Shown: piece by piece, positions 63,361 through 64,000 of the stretch
Layout: every line of letters starts with the position of its first letter
Position numbering within the stretch: the stretch's first letter is position 1
DNA from: Ascidiella aspersa
Taxonomy: Eukaryota
Direction of reading: 5' to 3'
Assembly (NCBI GenBank): GCA_963924565.1
Contig: OZ004609.1
Location: 7,254,001-7,318,000 of the forward strand
Length of the DNA: 64,000 nt
Notes under the pieces: model-generated
Database searches by the model: none
What the model saw: only the letters and a program-made list of their open reading frames with translations
Told to the model about the DNA's origin: nothing
Program-made: the position numbers and the translations under genes

Positions 63361-64000
63361 CTGCAAATAAAAGATATTTAGTAAAAATAGTTTCGCGAAT
63401 TATGCCGGAAACTGTTGCTCTGTCCACGACATAACGCAGGTTGTTTTGTTAAAACACCATATTTGTAGCCCGGCTGTCAAAACCGATTGTACGCACAACT
63501 TCATTAACGCGTTTAACAATTAGGAAATCAAGCAAATAGGACAGATTGACTATCTATCTAATTCTATACCAATGTCTTTAACGTTGATCAGCCCAGTACG
63601 AGTTAAATTGGCCCCGGCCGCAGTTACACACGTGTATTAAATTATTTACTTCATGTTTGGTACGGTAAACACAATGGTGAAATAAATGGTCAACAAGTGT
63701 CAAGAATATTTCTCTCGAAATTCTCGCTAGGGGGGAATGTTTCTATTAAACAGTGGGCAACATTGAGTAAAGCAACTAACAACACACTCTAATCCAGTGT
63801 TTTTTTACCCCGGAAAAACATTTCAAATATCTTAAATGCCAAGTTTAAAACAGCATAACGTTATGACATTTAAATAAACAACACTAATGAGTTAATCTGT
63901 AGTAAATAAAATTTTCAATATATAGGAATTCCAGTCATGCTTTGCAAACCAAAACAGCTTTTATAACTGAAAGGGTAAAATTTTCGAACATACTATATAC

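Overview
AT-rich, intron-containing animal genomic DNA. A compact invertebrate genome, possibly an ascidian, is suggested by intron sizes, repeat types and peptide resemblances, but this is inference. By hand-splicing GT-AG exons I reconstruct: (1) four paralogous Ly6/uPAR (three-finger)-like genes, each built as signal peptide + 10-Cys domain + Ser/Thr-rich linker + second 10-Cys domain. Copy A is on the minus strand (256-2232, last exon off-window). Copy B is on the minus strand (16248-19228); its GPI signal has been cut off by a ~345-bp insertion and is still visible as a stop-interrupted relic. Copy C is on the plus strand (46368-49053), intact with a GPI-type tail. Copy D is on the plus strand (41412-42975), 5'-truncated and frameshifted. 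(2) An 8-exon WSC-domain sulfotransferase (WSCD1/2-like, plus, 31227-38500). (3) A 10-exon DAPK-family kinase with a short coiled-coil-type tail (minus, 50522-60665). (4) A small spliced secreted-peptide gene (minus, ~23825-24366). The rest is segmental duplication, hAT-type MITEs with 8-bp TSDs, a foldback element, a decayed Penelope GIY-YIG fragment, a 25-bp minisatellite and microsatellites. The most interesting signal is the rapidly diversifying three-finger cluster, in which copies differ in membrane anchoring. Most ORFs in the supplied track are spurious or exon fragments.
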